From sequence record PQ671644.1: a stretch of 64,000 bases of DNA. One strand, 5' to 3'. This DNA is from Escherichia phage DCP80. Shown piece after piece: positions 1-8,350 of the stretch. The position numbers and the translations under genes are program-made. How positions within the stretch are numbered: position 1 is the first letter of the stretch; each line of letters begins with the position of its first letter. Below the pieces are notes generated by a model. It worked only from the letters and a program-made list of their open reading frames with translations, had not been told where the DNA came from and ran no database searches.

Positions 1-111
1 TGTTCATAATTTTCTCTTTGTGTTTGGTTGATATGATAATGATACACCCTTTTGATGAGGTTGTAAACCCCTTATTGCAAATACATCTGGCATTGAAACA
101 AATAAATGCCA
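1..111. repeat. Exact 111-nt copy of 30600..30710 (block-end self-overlap or direct repeat)
   Basis: Base-for-base identity of 1-111 with 30600-30710. The second copy abuts the N10 gap. The repeat contains an early-type promoter on the minus strand (GTTTACA-17nt-TATCAT, 39-67). Confidence 0.95.
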
Positions 112-236
112 AATGACAATTGGTAAAACACCAGATGATGAACTGCAACAAATGGTATCTGATTACAAGTGCTTGATTTATAACAAACAGGAAACACCAG
201 GTACATCTGGCATTGAAACAAATAAATGCCAGATGT
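82..236. repeat. Two copies of a 30-mer, the second inside a 10-bp-stem inverted repeat
   Basis: tacatctggcattgaaacaaataaatgcca occurs at 82-111 and 202-231. acatctggca (203-212) pairs with tgccagatgt (227-236). Confidence 0.9.
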
Positions 237-802
237 ATGCCAAATGTAATTTCTGCGGACTGTTGATAGTAATTCTTGTTTAGAAAAAACCCATGCAGAT
301 TAATAGTTTAGAGAGCAAAAACAAGCCTTTCAAAAACAGTCACTCGGCTGCAAAACCCTTACTTAATAAGTCAACACCTGGTTCCGCCTTCGGCGTCACT
401 AATACTGCCACTCAATAAAAATCATAAGCGCAGCGACTAAGACAGGGCGTAGCCCGTGCCGAAGGCCTATTGCATGTACTAAGAACAATCAAAACAATAC
501 TGATTAATAATTGTAATGAGCCTTCGGCCACTCACTTCGTTCGTGATTATGATTTGATTAATTGATTACTAGATACAACTTGTATTGATAACAAATTGCT
601 TGTAGAATTGATTCTAAGAAGGTTTTAGATGAGACTAGTAGATTTTACTAGCATTAGAAGATTAGAAGCCCTACGGGCTCCGCAGGAGCTATATGATACT
701 AGTAAGAATCATCAATACAATTATCATTCGCTTCGCTCATGAGTTTCACATTTTATCTTCTGTGATTGATTGTTCTTAGTAGTAATGAATCTTGTTAGAA
801 CC

Positions 803-811
803 ATTATAACA
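803..811 (-). promoter_or_regulatory. Extended -10-like element TGTTATAAT (copy 1)
   Basis: The reverse complement of attataaca is TGTTATAAT. The same motif precedes the gene starting at 58584 (58611-58619). No ORF lies downstream. Confidence 0.3.
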
Positions 812-950
812 TGTAAATCTTAAAGCAAATAACAAACGCTTTAAATCTTAGTAGTATTAATGAGAACAATTATCATTCGCTTCGCTCATGAGTTTTACAT
901 TTCTTTTTTGTTGATTTGTTAATGATGATTCTTAGTAACCTTGTAGAACC

Positions 951-959
951 ATTATAACA
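951..959 (-). promoter_or_regulatory. Extended -10-like element TGTTATAAT (copy 2)
   Basis: Second copy, inside the 149-bp tandem repeat. Confidence 0.3.
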
Positions 960-1259
960 TGTAATTTTTGAAGCAATAAAGATTGGATTGTTCTTAGTAG
1001 TATCAATTAGCACCTGCGGTGCGCCTTCGGCATAGAATTTTTAAAGTCAATTTTATTAGAAGTTTTTACAAGCTATTGATTTGATTAGTATTAATTAATC
1101 ATCTTGTGTTGAAATTGCTGTTGTAAGTTATTGATTTGATTGATGAATTTAAAAACTGATAAAAATATATCAAAAAGGTAAGACGTGTGTCTTAGTGTAC
1201 CAAAATGTGAAGGCCCGAAGGGACTGAACTGTCATCATGTTGTTGAAATTTGATGCTGT

Positions 1260-1267
1260 TATAAATA
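1260..1267 (+). promoter_or_regulatory. T4-type late promoter TATAAATA
   Basis: gTTATAAATAaat lies 20 nt upstream of the ATG at 1287, followed by SD aagagg. Confidence 0.7.
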
Positions 1268-1286
1268 AATAAAAAGAGGAAACACA

Positions 1287-1469
1287 ATGGATATCAAAAA
1301 ACTTTCTGAAGTTGCATTAGGTAAATGGAATCACCCAGCACCGCGGGTGTCAAAGTACGAAACGGATTTGCTGATAAATTCTGTGATGGATTATCTGTCG
1401 TACAGAGGTATCAAGCATGAAGAAATTCATGTTCAACGTTTGAAGAAATTCTTTGAAGGTAAAAAATGA
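1287..1469 (+). CDS. Hypothetical late protein (60 aa)
   Basis: ORF with an SD, directly downstream of the late promoter. First gene of the packaging and head operon. Confidence 0.5.
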   Translation: MDIKKLSEVALGKWNHPAPRVSKYETDLLINSVMDYLSYRGIKHEEIHVQRLKKFFEGKK

Positions 1470-1744
1470 AATTTTATATCTACGATTACAAAAACCAATT
1501 AAGAACCAACCAGATTGTTCGTACTGGTGATTTGAACCATCAGAACCCTAACGTTTATTCAATCAAGATATACGGTACGAAAACACAACTTGAACAAAAT
1601 CCGGACCAGCTAATCAAAGCTGCTCTGCGTCGTATCAGCGAACAATTCGTAGATACAACTTACATCATTCCTGAGGTTGAAATCCAGATAACTGGTGGAT
1701 TGAAATCTTATGCTGAAATTTTTGTGAGGACTTATGAACATTGA
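1466..1744 (+). CDS. Hypothetical late protein (92 aa)
   Basis: ATGA start/stop overlap with the upstream ORF. Its end overlaps the terminase start. Confidence 0.5.
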   Translation: MKFYIYDYKNQLRTNQIVRTGDLNHQNPNVYSIKIYGTKTQLEQNPDQLIKAALRRISEQFVDTTYIIPEVEIQITGGLKSYAEIFVRTYEH

Positions 1745-3716
1745 AGAAAATTTGAGTGTTGAATTCCCTGAAGAAGTTGAACAAGAACAATTCAACCCTG
1801 TAGTTGAACGTATGAAAATTAAAAACATAATCCAGAGAGTATCAAAGTATATCAAAGCTCCTGAAGTGTGTAAGCCATCAGAATGGGTTGAGCGTAATTT
1901 GTATTTCCCTGATGGTCCGATGGCTAACCAACCGATGAAGCTTGATAACTTCCAGAAGGGAATGATTGATTCCATCAACGAAGGCAAGGTTAAAATTATT
2001 TTCATGACCTCCGCACAGATAGGAAAGACAACTGTTCTTAATGGTATGTTGTTCTGGAAATCTGCAATCGAAGGTGGAAACGTTGGTATCGCACAGGCAA
2101 CAGGCAAGGAAGTGTCTAACTGGTTGAACAGTAAGATAAGACCAATGATTGAAGTCTCCCCTGTTATGAAAGACCTGGTTGCGTCAAAAGCTGACCGTGA
2201 TAAATCAAACAACGAATCACGTATCGACCTTATGAACGGTGGTACATGGTTCATGATGTCATTAGGTTCCCCTACGCACCTGCGTGGTAAGACATTACCA
2301 ATGATTCTGATGGACGAAGTTGAAGGCGCAGAAGAATCTGAAGAAGGTTCTCCTATTAACCTGGCTGCCAAACGTGCAACGACTTTCCAGGACGAAGCGA
2401 GATTGATTATTTGCTCAACGCCAAATACGAAGTACGGTCCTATCAATAAAGAATTCGAAGCTTCTGATAAACGATACTTCATGGTTGATTGCCCCCATTG
2501 TGGTCATAATCACAGGATTACGTTTAAAGAGTGTATTAAATTCAATATGATACGTGAACAAGGTAAAGAGATTCCTGATGTTGATTCAGCTGTTCAAATC
2601 TGTCCTTCATGTGAACAGACCATAACAGATATCCAACGTACACGTATGATTCATAACGGTAAATGGGTAGCAACTAATCCAAACTCAAGCTCCATTGGAT
2701 TCCATATCTCTGCTCTTTATTCTCCGCGAAACTCCGTAAAAGGAATCGTGGAAGAGTATAAACAAGCGAGAGCATCGTTTGATGTTAAAAGTTTTTACAA
2801 CACAGTTCTGGGTGAACCATGGTCTGACGGAAACGAAAACATTGAGCTGCATGTTATTGATTCATTAAGAGAACCTATTGGATTGGAAAACATACCTGAT
2901 GATGTGTTGTTCTTAACAGCGGGCGTTGACCAACAGAAAGACCGTTTAGAAATTACAATCTTCGGTCACACAAAACATAAGCTGTACGTATTATCACACA
3001 AATCCATCCACGGACAGAACCTTGAATTGCATAACGACCCGGCATACAAAGGACTATATAATTACATAAGATTACCGTTCACAACTTGTACAGGTCGTAA
3101 GTTGACATTAGCACGAGTTAACATGGACTCCGGTAACGGTCGAGCAACGAAGGTAATTTATTCTTTTGCGCAGAAATGGAACAATATAAAGCCTATCAAA
3201 GGTGCATCAAAAGTTGAAGCTCCGTTTATTCCACCAAAATCTTCAACATCAGGTGGTTATGAATTATGGATGATTGGTGTTAACGAAGGCAAAAACAAAG
3301 TTCGTGAAATTCTTGCATCAAACATAAATGAGGCTGATACTCCTGAACTGGAATTGTCATTGTCTGATGATTTACCTGATGATTATGCTGAACAGTTGTT
3401 ATCAGAAGAAGTTGTCAAATCTGGTACAGCCAGACGCTGGGTAATCAGAAAAGGTGGTGGCCGAAATGAGTGCCTTGATACGTTTGTTTACGGATTAGCT
3501 GCTAGATTTCAAGTACTTAATACAAGTAATTGGGGATTCTGGGAAAAACTGAAAGACAAGAATGAAAAAACTGAGCAAATATCTCAAGAAGAAATTGATG
3601 AATCGGTAGAAACAGGTGTTGTTAACTATGTTGATATTAAACCTGAGAAACCAAAAGTTCAAAGACCACAACGTCCGCAAAGACCAAGGCCAACAACACA
3701 AAGAAGGAGATTCTAA
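1734..3716 (+). CDS. Terminase large subunit, lambda GpA family
   Basis: Matches remembered lambda gpA blocks: MTSAQIGKTT (Walker A region), GSPINLAAKR..STP, CPHCGHNH...CPSCEQ, GFHISALYSP, FYNTVLGEPW, LTAGVDQQKDRLE, IKPIKGAS and RNECLDTFVYGLAA. Confidence 0.93.
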   Translation: MNIEENLSVEFPEEVEQEQFNPVVERMKIKNIIQRVSKYIKAPEVCKPSEWVERNLYFPDGPMANQPMKLDNFQKGMIDSINEGKVKIIFMTSAQIGKTTVLNGMLFWKSAIEGGNVGIAQATGKEVSNWLNSKIRPMIEVSPVMKDLVASKADRDKSNNESRIDLMNGGTWFMMSLGSPTHLRGKTLPMILMDEVEGAEESEEGSPINLAAKRATTFQDEARLIICSTPNTKYGPINKEFEASDKRYFMVDCPHCGHNHRITFKECIKFNMIREQGKEIPDVDSAVQICPSCEQTITDIQRTRMIHNGKWVATNPNSSSIGFHISALYSPRNSVKGIVEEYKQARASFDVKSFYNTVLGEPWSDGNENIELHVIDSLREPIGLENIPDDVLFLTAGVDQQKDRLEITIFGHTKHKLYVLSHKSIHGQNLELHNDPAYKGLYNYIRLPFTTCTGRKLTLARVNMDSGNGRATKVIYSFAQKWNNIKPIKGASKVEAPFIPPKSSTSGGYELWMIGVNEGKNKVREILASNINEADTPELELSLSDDLPDDYAEQLLSEEVVKSGTARRWVIRKGGGRNECLDTFVYGLAARFQVLNTSNWGFWEKLKDKNEKTEQISQEEIDESVETGVVNYVDIKPEKPKVQRPQRPQRPRPTTQRRRF

Positions 3717-4201
3717 TGGCTGAAATTACAAATCCCGATGTTACCTTATACATCGGTTCTGAACTAACTGTTACTATCAAGGGCTCCCATGGGGCCTTTG
3801 GACGTAATGACGGTGAAACATATGGTTTAGAAAACGGTATAAATAAAATCAATACAGACAATCTGACACCAGGTGTTTACACGTTAGTTGATTATGCTGA
3901 TACAATTGAATTCACACGTTATGCTGTGAAATCTCCGTTCGGTAAACAATCTCAACTTGAACAAATTAAAGAAATGATTCGCGCAATCAGAGCTTGTTTG
4001 TTAGCACGTGTGAACGGTGATGATGCATATCTTCAAAGCATGGCTTCAGATGGTTATACATTTGCTTATGCTTCTGTCATGGAGCTTGAAGAATTGTTAT
4101 CTGCAAACGAACGCAGATTAGCAAGAGCCAAACAAGCAGATGACATTAAGAAAGGTAAATCACCTATGAGAACAATTAAAGCGAGGTTCCGTCATGCTTA
4201 A
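3716..4201 (+). CDS. Head-tail joining protein with a gpW-like C-terminal domain
   Basis: Sits between terminase and portal, as lambda W does. The C-terminal roughly 80 aa resemble the gpW pattern (QLEQIKEMIRAIRACLL..., ...VMELEELL). The N-terminal roughly 75 aa are extra. Confidence 0.45.
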   Translation: MAEITNPDVTLYIGSELTVTIKGSHGAFGRNDGETYGLENGINKINTDNLTPGVYTLVDYADTIEFTRYAVKSPFGKQSQLEQIKEMIRAIRACLLARVNGDDAYLQSMASDGYTFAYASVMELEELLSANERRLARAKQADDIKKGKSPMRTIKARFRHA

Positions 4202-5735
4202 TCCATTTAAAGTCTTCAAAAGAAATGGTATAAATAAAGCTATTAAAAAGAAACAACGTGATGAACAAAAATTACGAATCATCAACGATTCACCACGAAG
4301 TCAAATTCGTGCTCTGGCTGTACAGTCTTCACGTTTAACAGAAACATTTGAACAAGATATGATTCGCGGTTCTATTAACCCTGCGATTCGTCTTGGAAAT
4401 CAGGCTTTAATGGACCAGGCCCAAACAATGGCTGTACAATCTGTTTACGGTAAAAAAGCTGTTCAATACAGTATCGACCAGGTTGTTGGTGCAGAGGGAA
4501 TTCTGCCTATGCCGATTGTTATGAAAAATAAAGAACTTGATGAAGCACTGAACGATGAAATCAGTTATGAATTTGATAAGTGGGCACGTAAAGCTTCTAA
4601 ATTTTCAACCAACGGACAAATGAACTTCCGTCAATTCCAACAGCAAATGGAAGCATCAAGATTTATTTTTGGTGAAGCTTTTGCGATTATCGAAGAAGAT
4701 GATTATGGAATTCGTGTTGAGGTAATTTCTCCGCAACGTTGTCGAATGAATTATTCCGAAAAGACCAAAGAAGGTAACTATATCATCGATTCAATCGAGT
4801 ATACCCCTAGTGGTCGCCCTGTAGCTTATTATTTTGAAATTCTTGACGTAATGGCAAACGATTCCATCACTGGTAATAAATTCCGTGTTGATGCTGATGA
4901 TTGTTTCCACTATTTCAAACCAAACGTTCCAGGACAACGACGTGGGATTTCTGAATTCGCACCTGTTATTAAAGAGTTGAACCAGTTGGATGAATTTACG
5001 TTTTCTACAATCGTTCAAAAACGTATGGCTTCTAACAGCATGGGATTCATTACAACAGATGCAAACGGTCACGATTCAATTGATATTGAAATGGACGATG
5101 AAGCTGATGATGTTTATCAAGAGCCGGATATTATCCAAGAATTTGAAGCTGGTACGATGCACCAGTTAGCCGCTGGTCAAGACATTAAACAAATTACAGC
5201 AACACAAGGAGCTGATGATTATGTCGCGTTTAACTCCGCTATGGAATCAAAAATCGCAATGGGTTTTGGATTCTTTAAACAGGGTTTTCTTGGTGATACC
5301 AGTTCAATTAACTATTCCTCTGCTCGATTTGGTGATGCACAGCAACGTAATATGATTAAATCAACACAATCAACTTTGCGTGAATCTGTTCTGGAACCAT
5401 TATATGAGCGTTGGCTTGAGTGGATGTATATGCAAGGGAAATTGGTCAAATCAGACCGAATGGTTGAGTTTATTGCAGTTAATACAGATTGGATTTATCC
5501 TAAATCTGAGAGCATCGACCCAATGAAAGACCTTGATATCGAGATTAAAGCCGTTGAAGCTGGTATGCGCACCCGTCGTGATGCAATTACAAGACTTGGT
5601 GGTGACGATGTTGATGCAACTTTTGCTGGTATCGAAGCTGAACAAGGTTTACGCGTTCCGAAGAATGAACAACAGTTGGCTGCAGTATCTGCTCCTGCAG
5701 AAATCGCCGCCGGGGTCTCCGAAGAAGGTGTATAA
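4194..5735 (+). CDS. Portal protein, lambda gpB family
   Basis: 513 aa, immediately after the GpA and W-like genes. Blocks QRRGISEFAPVIKELNQLD and INYSSARFGDAQQRN...WLEW resemble lambda gpB. Confidence 0.85.
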   Translation: MLNPFKVFKRNGINKAIKKKQRDEQKLRIINDSPRSQIRALAVQSSRLTETFEQDMIRGSINPAIRLGNQALMDQAQTMAVQSVYGKKAVQYSIDQVVGAEGILPMPIVMKNKELDEALNDEISYEFDKWARKASKFSTNGQMNFRQFQQQMEASRFIFGEAFAIIEEDDYGIRVEVISPQRCRMNYSEKTKEGNYIIDSIEYTPSGRPVAYYFEILDVMANDSITGNKFRVDADDCFHYFKPNVPGQRRGISEFAPVIKELNQLDEFTFSTIVQKRMASNSMGFITTDANGHDSIDIEMDDEADDVYQEPDIIQEFEAGTMHQLAAGQDIKQITATQGADDYVAFNSAMESKIAMGFGFFKQGFLGDTSSINYSSARFGDAQQRNMIKSTQSTLRESVLEPLYERWLEWMYMQGKLVKSDRMVEFIAVNTDWIYPKSESIDPMKDLDIEIKAVEAGMRTRRDAITRLGGDDVDATFAGIEAEQGLRVPKNEQQLAAVSAPAEIAAGVSEEGV

Positions 5736-5738
5736 ATA
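5731..5738 (+). promoter_or_regulatory. T4-type late promoter TATAAATA
   Basis: Overlaps the portal stop codon, 50 nt upstream of the ATG at 5789. A hairpin at 5749-5768 follows. Confidence 0.6.
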
Positions 5739-5788
5739 AAGGTATAACGGGACTTCTAACGAGGTCCCAAAAAATAAGGACAAAAACA

Positions 5789-7789
5789 ATGTCGCAAACA
5801 ATCAGATTAAAACGTGAAATTTCTGTAGAGAAAATTCAGGCTGATGAAGACGGGATTTATGAAATTGCATTTTCTTCTGAAACCCCTGTTGAACGTCAGA
5901 TTGATACTCGTCACGGTCCACAAATTGTGAATGAAATTCTCATGCACACAGGTCCGGAAAACGCAGATTTAGAGCGTATAAATAATAATGCAAGCTTGCT
6001 GTTTAACCACAATTTCGACAACCATTTAGGTGTTGTTGTTCCTGGTTCAGTACGTATTGACAATGATAAAGTTGGCCGCGCTAAAGTAAAATTTTCAAGC
6101 GTTGGACAATTAGCACAAGAGATTAAAGCCAAGGTCGATGAAGGCACAATCTCAAAAATTTCGTTTGGATACGACATTAACGAGTATGATGTTGTTGGTG
6201 ATGACATGCTTGTTTCTCGTTGGGCACCATATGAAATTTCTTTCGTCACTGTCCCGGCAGATGATAAGGTTGGCCTCGGCCGCAGTATAAATAATATTGT
6301 AATTAACACAAATAAGGAAAAACGAATGAAACGTTACGAAGATTTTGAAATTGAAGACATCGTTGAACTGTCACGTGAAGAACTCGCTGATATGACAATC
6401 GCTGAAATCGAAGCCCTGGCTGAAGATGTACGTGCTAAGCGTGAAGAATTGCTTGACGAAGTTGAAGACGCTGAGAAAGAAGAAAAAGTTACCGATGAAG
6501 AAGATGCTGACTACGACAAAGCTGAAGGCAAAGATGCAGAAGCTAAAGTTGAAGATAAAAAAGCCGAAGGCATCGAAGACGAACTCACTGCTGAAGAGCG
6601 TGAAGAAGAAATCATCGAAATTGAAGAAATCGCTGAACGATACAAAATCGGTCGCGGAGAAGTTCGCAAAGCCATCGCAAGTGGCATGACTGCTCGTCAG
6701 TTCAAACGTTCTATTAAACCATCTAAAAACAAAAAGGAAATTCGTACTATGACTACCTCTATCGCTAAAGATACCCAGAAAAACCTCGAAGCTCGTTTTG
6801 ACCTGGCTGAAGTAACCCGTTCACTTGCTGCTGGTAAAGACATTAAAGGCGCTGCTGCTGAGTACTCTCAGGAAATGACTCGTAAACGTCAGAACGCAGG
6901 TCGTGACATTAACGGTCGTGCATATATCCCGGTAAGTGCTCTGCAAGGTCAGCGCGCAGTAAACACCGTTCCTACCGTTGCAAATATCGAACAGCACTAC
7001 GTTGATTACAACAGCTTTGTTGAATTGCTGCTCAAACCAACTGTAATTGGTAAACTGGGTGTTAACTTCCAGACCGGTCTGACCACTCCTTACGATGTAC
7101 CGAAACAAACTTCCAGCTCTGTTGATGCGTTTGGTTTCGTTGCTGAAAACGGTGACTCTCCTGAAGGCGAAAGCGGATTTGACATCATCAAATTCATGCC
7201 GCACACCTTTACTGGTGGTAACCCGATTTCTCGTCAGGCTCTTAACACCATGCCTAACCTGGCAAGCTTCATCTCTAACCACATCGTAGAACAATCTCGT
7301 TCTAAGATTCAAGGTCTGATGTTTGGTTCTGCTACTGACCCGGTTGCTTCTGGTGCTAACGCTCCGCAGAGCATCATCGCTCAGTTGGTTGCTAAGCAGA
7401 TTGGTATGACCTACAAAGAATTCGTTACCCTGGCTGCTGAAGCTGAAGGTAAAGGCGTTGCAATGGACCGCTTCAAGTATCTGATTGCTTCTGCACTTGG
7501 TGGTGAACTGAAATCCACTCTGCGTGATGCTGCTGTTGCTGGTTACATCATCGATGATGAAAACCGTATCGGTGGTCATGATGTAGTTACCTCTGGTCTG
7601 GTTAAACCTGGTCAGATTCTGTCTGGTGACTTCTCTGCAATCACTGTTGCTGAATGGGAAGGTCTGGCACTGGATATGGACGACACGACCTATCGTAACA
7701 AAGGCGCTATCGTTCCGCGTGTTTGGTGTGATATCGATTGGAAAGTTACTGCTGACGACCGTCTGTTCTTGTTCGAAAAGACAGCATAA
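5789..7789 (+). CDS. Single ORF fusing an HK97-type prohead protease, an acidic scaffold (delta-like) region and an HK97-fold major capsid protein
   Basis: The N-terminus has U35/S78 protease motifs (LLFNHNFDNHLG, ISFGY, YEISFVTVPAD). Residues about 180-320 are an E/D/K-rich coiled coil. The C-terminal roughly 345 aa are capsid-like with strong codon bias. Confidence 0.8.
   Translation: MSQTIRLKREISVEKIQADEDGIYEIAFSSETPVERQIDTRHGPQIVNEILMHTGPENADLERINNNASLLFNHNFDNHLGVVVPGSVRIDNDKVGRAKVKFSSVGQLAQEIKAKVDEGTISKISFGYDINEYDVVGDDMLVSRWAPYEISFVTVPADDKVGLGRSINNIVINTNKEKRMKRYEDFEIEDIVELSREELADMTIAEIEALAEDVRAKREELLDEVEDAEKEEKVTDEEDADYDKAEGKDAEAKVEDKKAEGIEDELTAEEREEEIIEIEEIAERYKIGRGEVRKAIASGMTARQFKRSIKPSKNKKEIRTMTTSIAKDTQKNLEARFDLAEVTRSLAAGKDIKGAAAEYSQEMTRKRQNAGRDINGRAYIPVSALQGQRAVNTVPTVANIEQHYVDYNSFVELLLKPTVIGKLGVNFQTGLTTPYDVPKQTSSSVDAFGFVAENGDSPEGESGFDIIKFMPHTFTGGNPISRQALNTMPNLASFISNHIVEQSRSKIQGLMFGSATDPVASGANAPQSIIAQLVAKQIGMTYKEFVTLAAEAEGKGVAMDRFKYLIASALGGELKSTLRDAAVAGYIIDDENRIGGHDVVTSGLVKPGQILSGDFSAITVAEWEGLALDMDDTTYRNKGAIVPRVWCDIDWKVTADDRLFLFEKTA
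6286..6293 (+). promoter_or_regulatory. Internal late promoter cassette inside the protease-capsid ORF
   Basis: tataaataatattgtaattaacacaaataaggaaa is nearly identical to the intergenic cassette at 13165 (tataaataatattgtaaattaaccccaaataaaaggaaa). It is followed by an SD and an in-frame ATG at 6326. Confidence 0.6.
6326..7789 (+). CDS. Nested in-frame product: scaffold(delta)-major capsid protein (487 aa)
   Basis: M180 of the long ORF is preceded by aaggaaaaacga and by the internal TATAAATA. This is analogous to the lambda C/Nu3 nested arrangement and to HK97 gp5 with its delta domain. Confidence 0.55.
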   Translation: MKRYEDFEIEDIVELSREELADMTIAEIEALAEDVRAKREELLDEVEDAEKEEKVTDEEDADYDKAEGKDAEAKVEDKKAEGIEDELTAEEREEEIIEIEEIAERYKIGRGEVRKAIASGMTARQFKRSIKPSKNKKEIRTMTTSIAKDTQKNLEARFDLAEVTRSLAAGKDIKGAAAEYSQEMTRKRQNAGRDINGRAYIPVSALQGQRAVNTVPTVANIEQHYVDYNSFVELLLKPTVIGKLGVNFQTGLTTPYDVPKQTSSSVDAFGFVAENGDSPEGESGFDIIKFMPHTFTGGNPISRQALNTMPNLASFISNHIVEQSRSKIQGLMFGSATDPVASGANAPQSIIAQLVAKQIGMTYKEFVTLAAEAEGKGVAMDRFKYLIASALGGELKSTLRDAAVAGYIIDDENRIGGHDVVTSGLVKPGQILSGDFSAITVAEWEGLALDMDDTTYRNKGAIVPRVWCDIDWKVTADDRLFLFEKTA

Positions 7790-7796
7790 ACCTAAT

Positions 7797-7814
7797 GGAG
7801 AGAGCAATCTCTCC
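7797..7814 (+). terminator. Hairpin after the capsid gene (7-bp stem, GCAA loop)
   Basis: ggagaga-gcaa-tctctcc, 8 nt after the stop codon. Confidence 0.4.
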
Positions 7815-7904
7815 TATGAGTTTGGGCGCAGAAGCTCTTGATGCCGCTCCGGTTAAAAAAAGCAAGAGCGCGTCGGGTTAAATCTACTGACTAACAAACT
7901 ATAA

Positions 7905-7928
7905 GGGAGCCTTCGGGTTCCCTTTTTT
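7905..7928 (+). terminator. C(UUCG)G hairpin plus T-run terminator
   Basis: gggagccttcgggttccc followed by tttttt. Confidence 0.7.
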
Positions 7929-7930
7929 GT

Positions 7931-7938
7931 TATAAATA
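7931..7938 (+). promoter_or_regulatory. T4-type late promoter TATAAATA
   Basis: gTTATAAATAagg lies 17 nt upstream of the ATG at 7955, with SD aaggag. Confidence 0.7.
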
Positions 7939-7954
7939 AGGTAAAGGAGAAATT

Positions 7955-8350
7955 ATGGAAATAAAAGATTCATCTACAACCAAATTTGTCCAGGAAGCAG
8001 TATTGATTTCTAATAAATCATATGGTCAACGTCGTTTTAACAGTTTCACTCAGAAAGAACAATCATTGTTCACCAAAAAGATGGGGCTTAAAACACGTGT
8101 TAGAGATAACTTTGCACCTGAAACGATTGAAGAAATAAACGCAATCTGGCGTGAACAACGAGAAGACACCGACCTTTCTGTTGGTAGTATGATTTATATC
8201 TTGATAGACGAAGATGATTTCTTTTTCTGGCGCGAGTATGAATCACCTGAAGGAAAATGGTATAAAGCTGGTAATACCACCAAATCTTATAACGGTATGC
8301 TCCGTGTAGAATTATCAATAGGGGAAGCAGATGGCAAGTTCAATTATTAA
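7955..8350 (+). CDS. Hypothetical virion-module protein (131 aa)
   Basis: ORF with an SD and a late promoter, in the head-tail connector position. Confidence 0.5.
   Translation: MEIKDSSTTKFVQEAVLISNKSYGQRRFNSFTQKEQSLFTKKMGLKTRVRDNFAPETIEEINAIWREQREDTDLSVGSMIYILIDEDDFFFWREYESPEGKWYKAGNTTKSYNGMLRVELSIGEADGKFNY

Larger units (their letters stand above)
717..1014. repeat. Imperfect tandem duplication, period about 149 bp, in an ORF-free region
   Basis: acaattatcattcgcttcgctcatgagttt occurs at 717 and 866. (c)ttgt(t)agaaccattataacatgtaa occurs at 791 and 938. ttgttcttagtagta occurs at 770 and 988. Confidence 0.85.

Noticed and set aside
113-283. 56-aa Cys-containing ORF (MTIGKTPDDELQQM...CQMYAKCNFC...) at the start of the non-coding region
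   Set aside because: It has no SD, lies in a repeat-rich region and contains the 30-mer repeat and the inverted repeat. It cannot be supported as a gene, although a small zinc-ribbon protein is not excluded.
717-1014. CRISPR array or tRNA genes in the repeat-rich non-coding regions (112-1286 and 29226-29772)
   Set aside because: The repeats are few, long, imperfect and not regularly spaced by unique spacers. By eye there is no cloverleaf-compatible sequence or GTTCNANNC T-loop motif. A tRNAscan run would be the decisive check.
1610-2482. Long antisense ORFs inside clear genes (for example 1610-2482, 6821-7807, 10424-10732, 12623-12985, 53642-54115 and 61300-62040)
   Set aside because: They lie entirely opposite or out of frame within strongly supported genes (terminase, capsid, fibres, gp46, UvsX). 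They have no SD, promoter or motifs. They are shadow ORFs of codon-biased genes.
3838-4236. Intragenic TATAAATA octamers at 3838-3845 and 4229-4236
   Set aside because: Both arise from the coding string aa(c/t)ggtataaataaa (N-G-I-N-K). They are not followed by an SD and start codon. About four chance hits are expected in 30 kb at this base composition.
6426-6689. Lys-rich 87-aa ORF and other alternative-frame ORFs in low-complexity regions (6426-6689, 10955-11146 and 15544-15979)
   Set aside because: These are frame-shifted readings of the acidic scaffold region, the poly-Gly linker and the tape-measure repeats, produced by compositional bias.
6749-7789. Independent capsid start at M321 (6749), suggested by a shift to strong codon bias
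   Set aside because: The SD spacing is poor (10 nt) and there is no promoter. The internal promoter plus SD at 6286-6328 explains expression better. Residue 321 is more likely near the maturation cleavage site.
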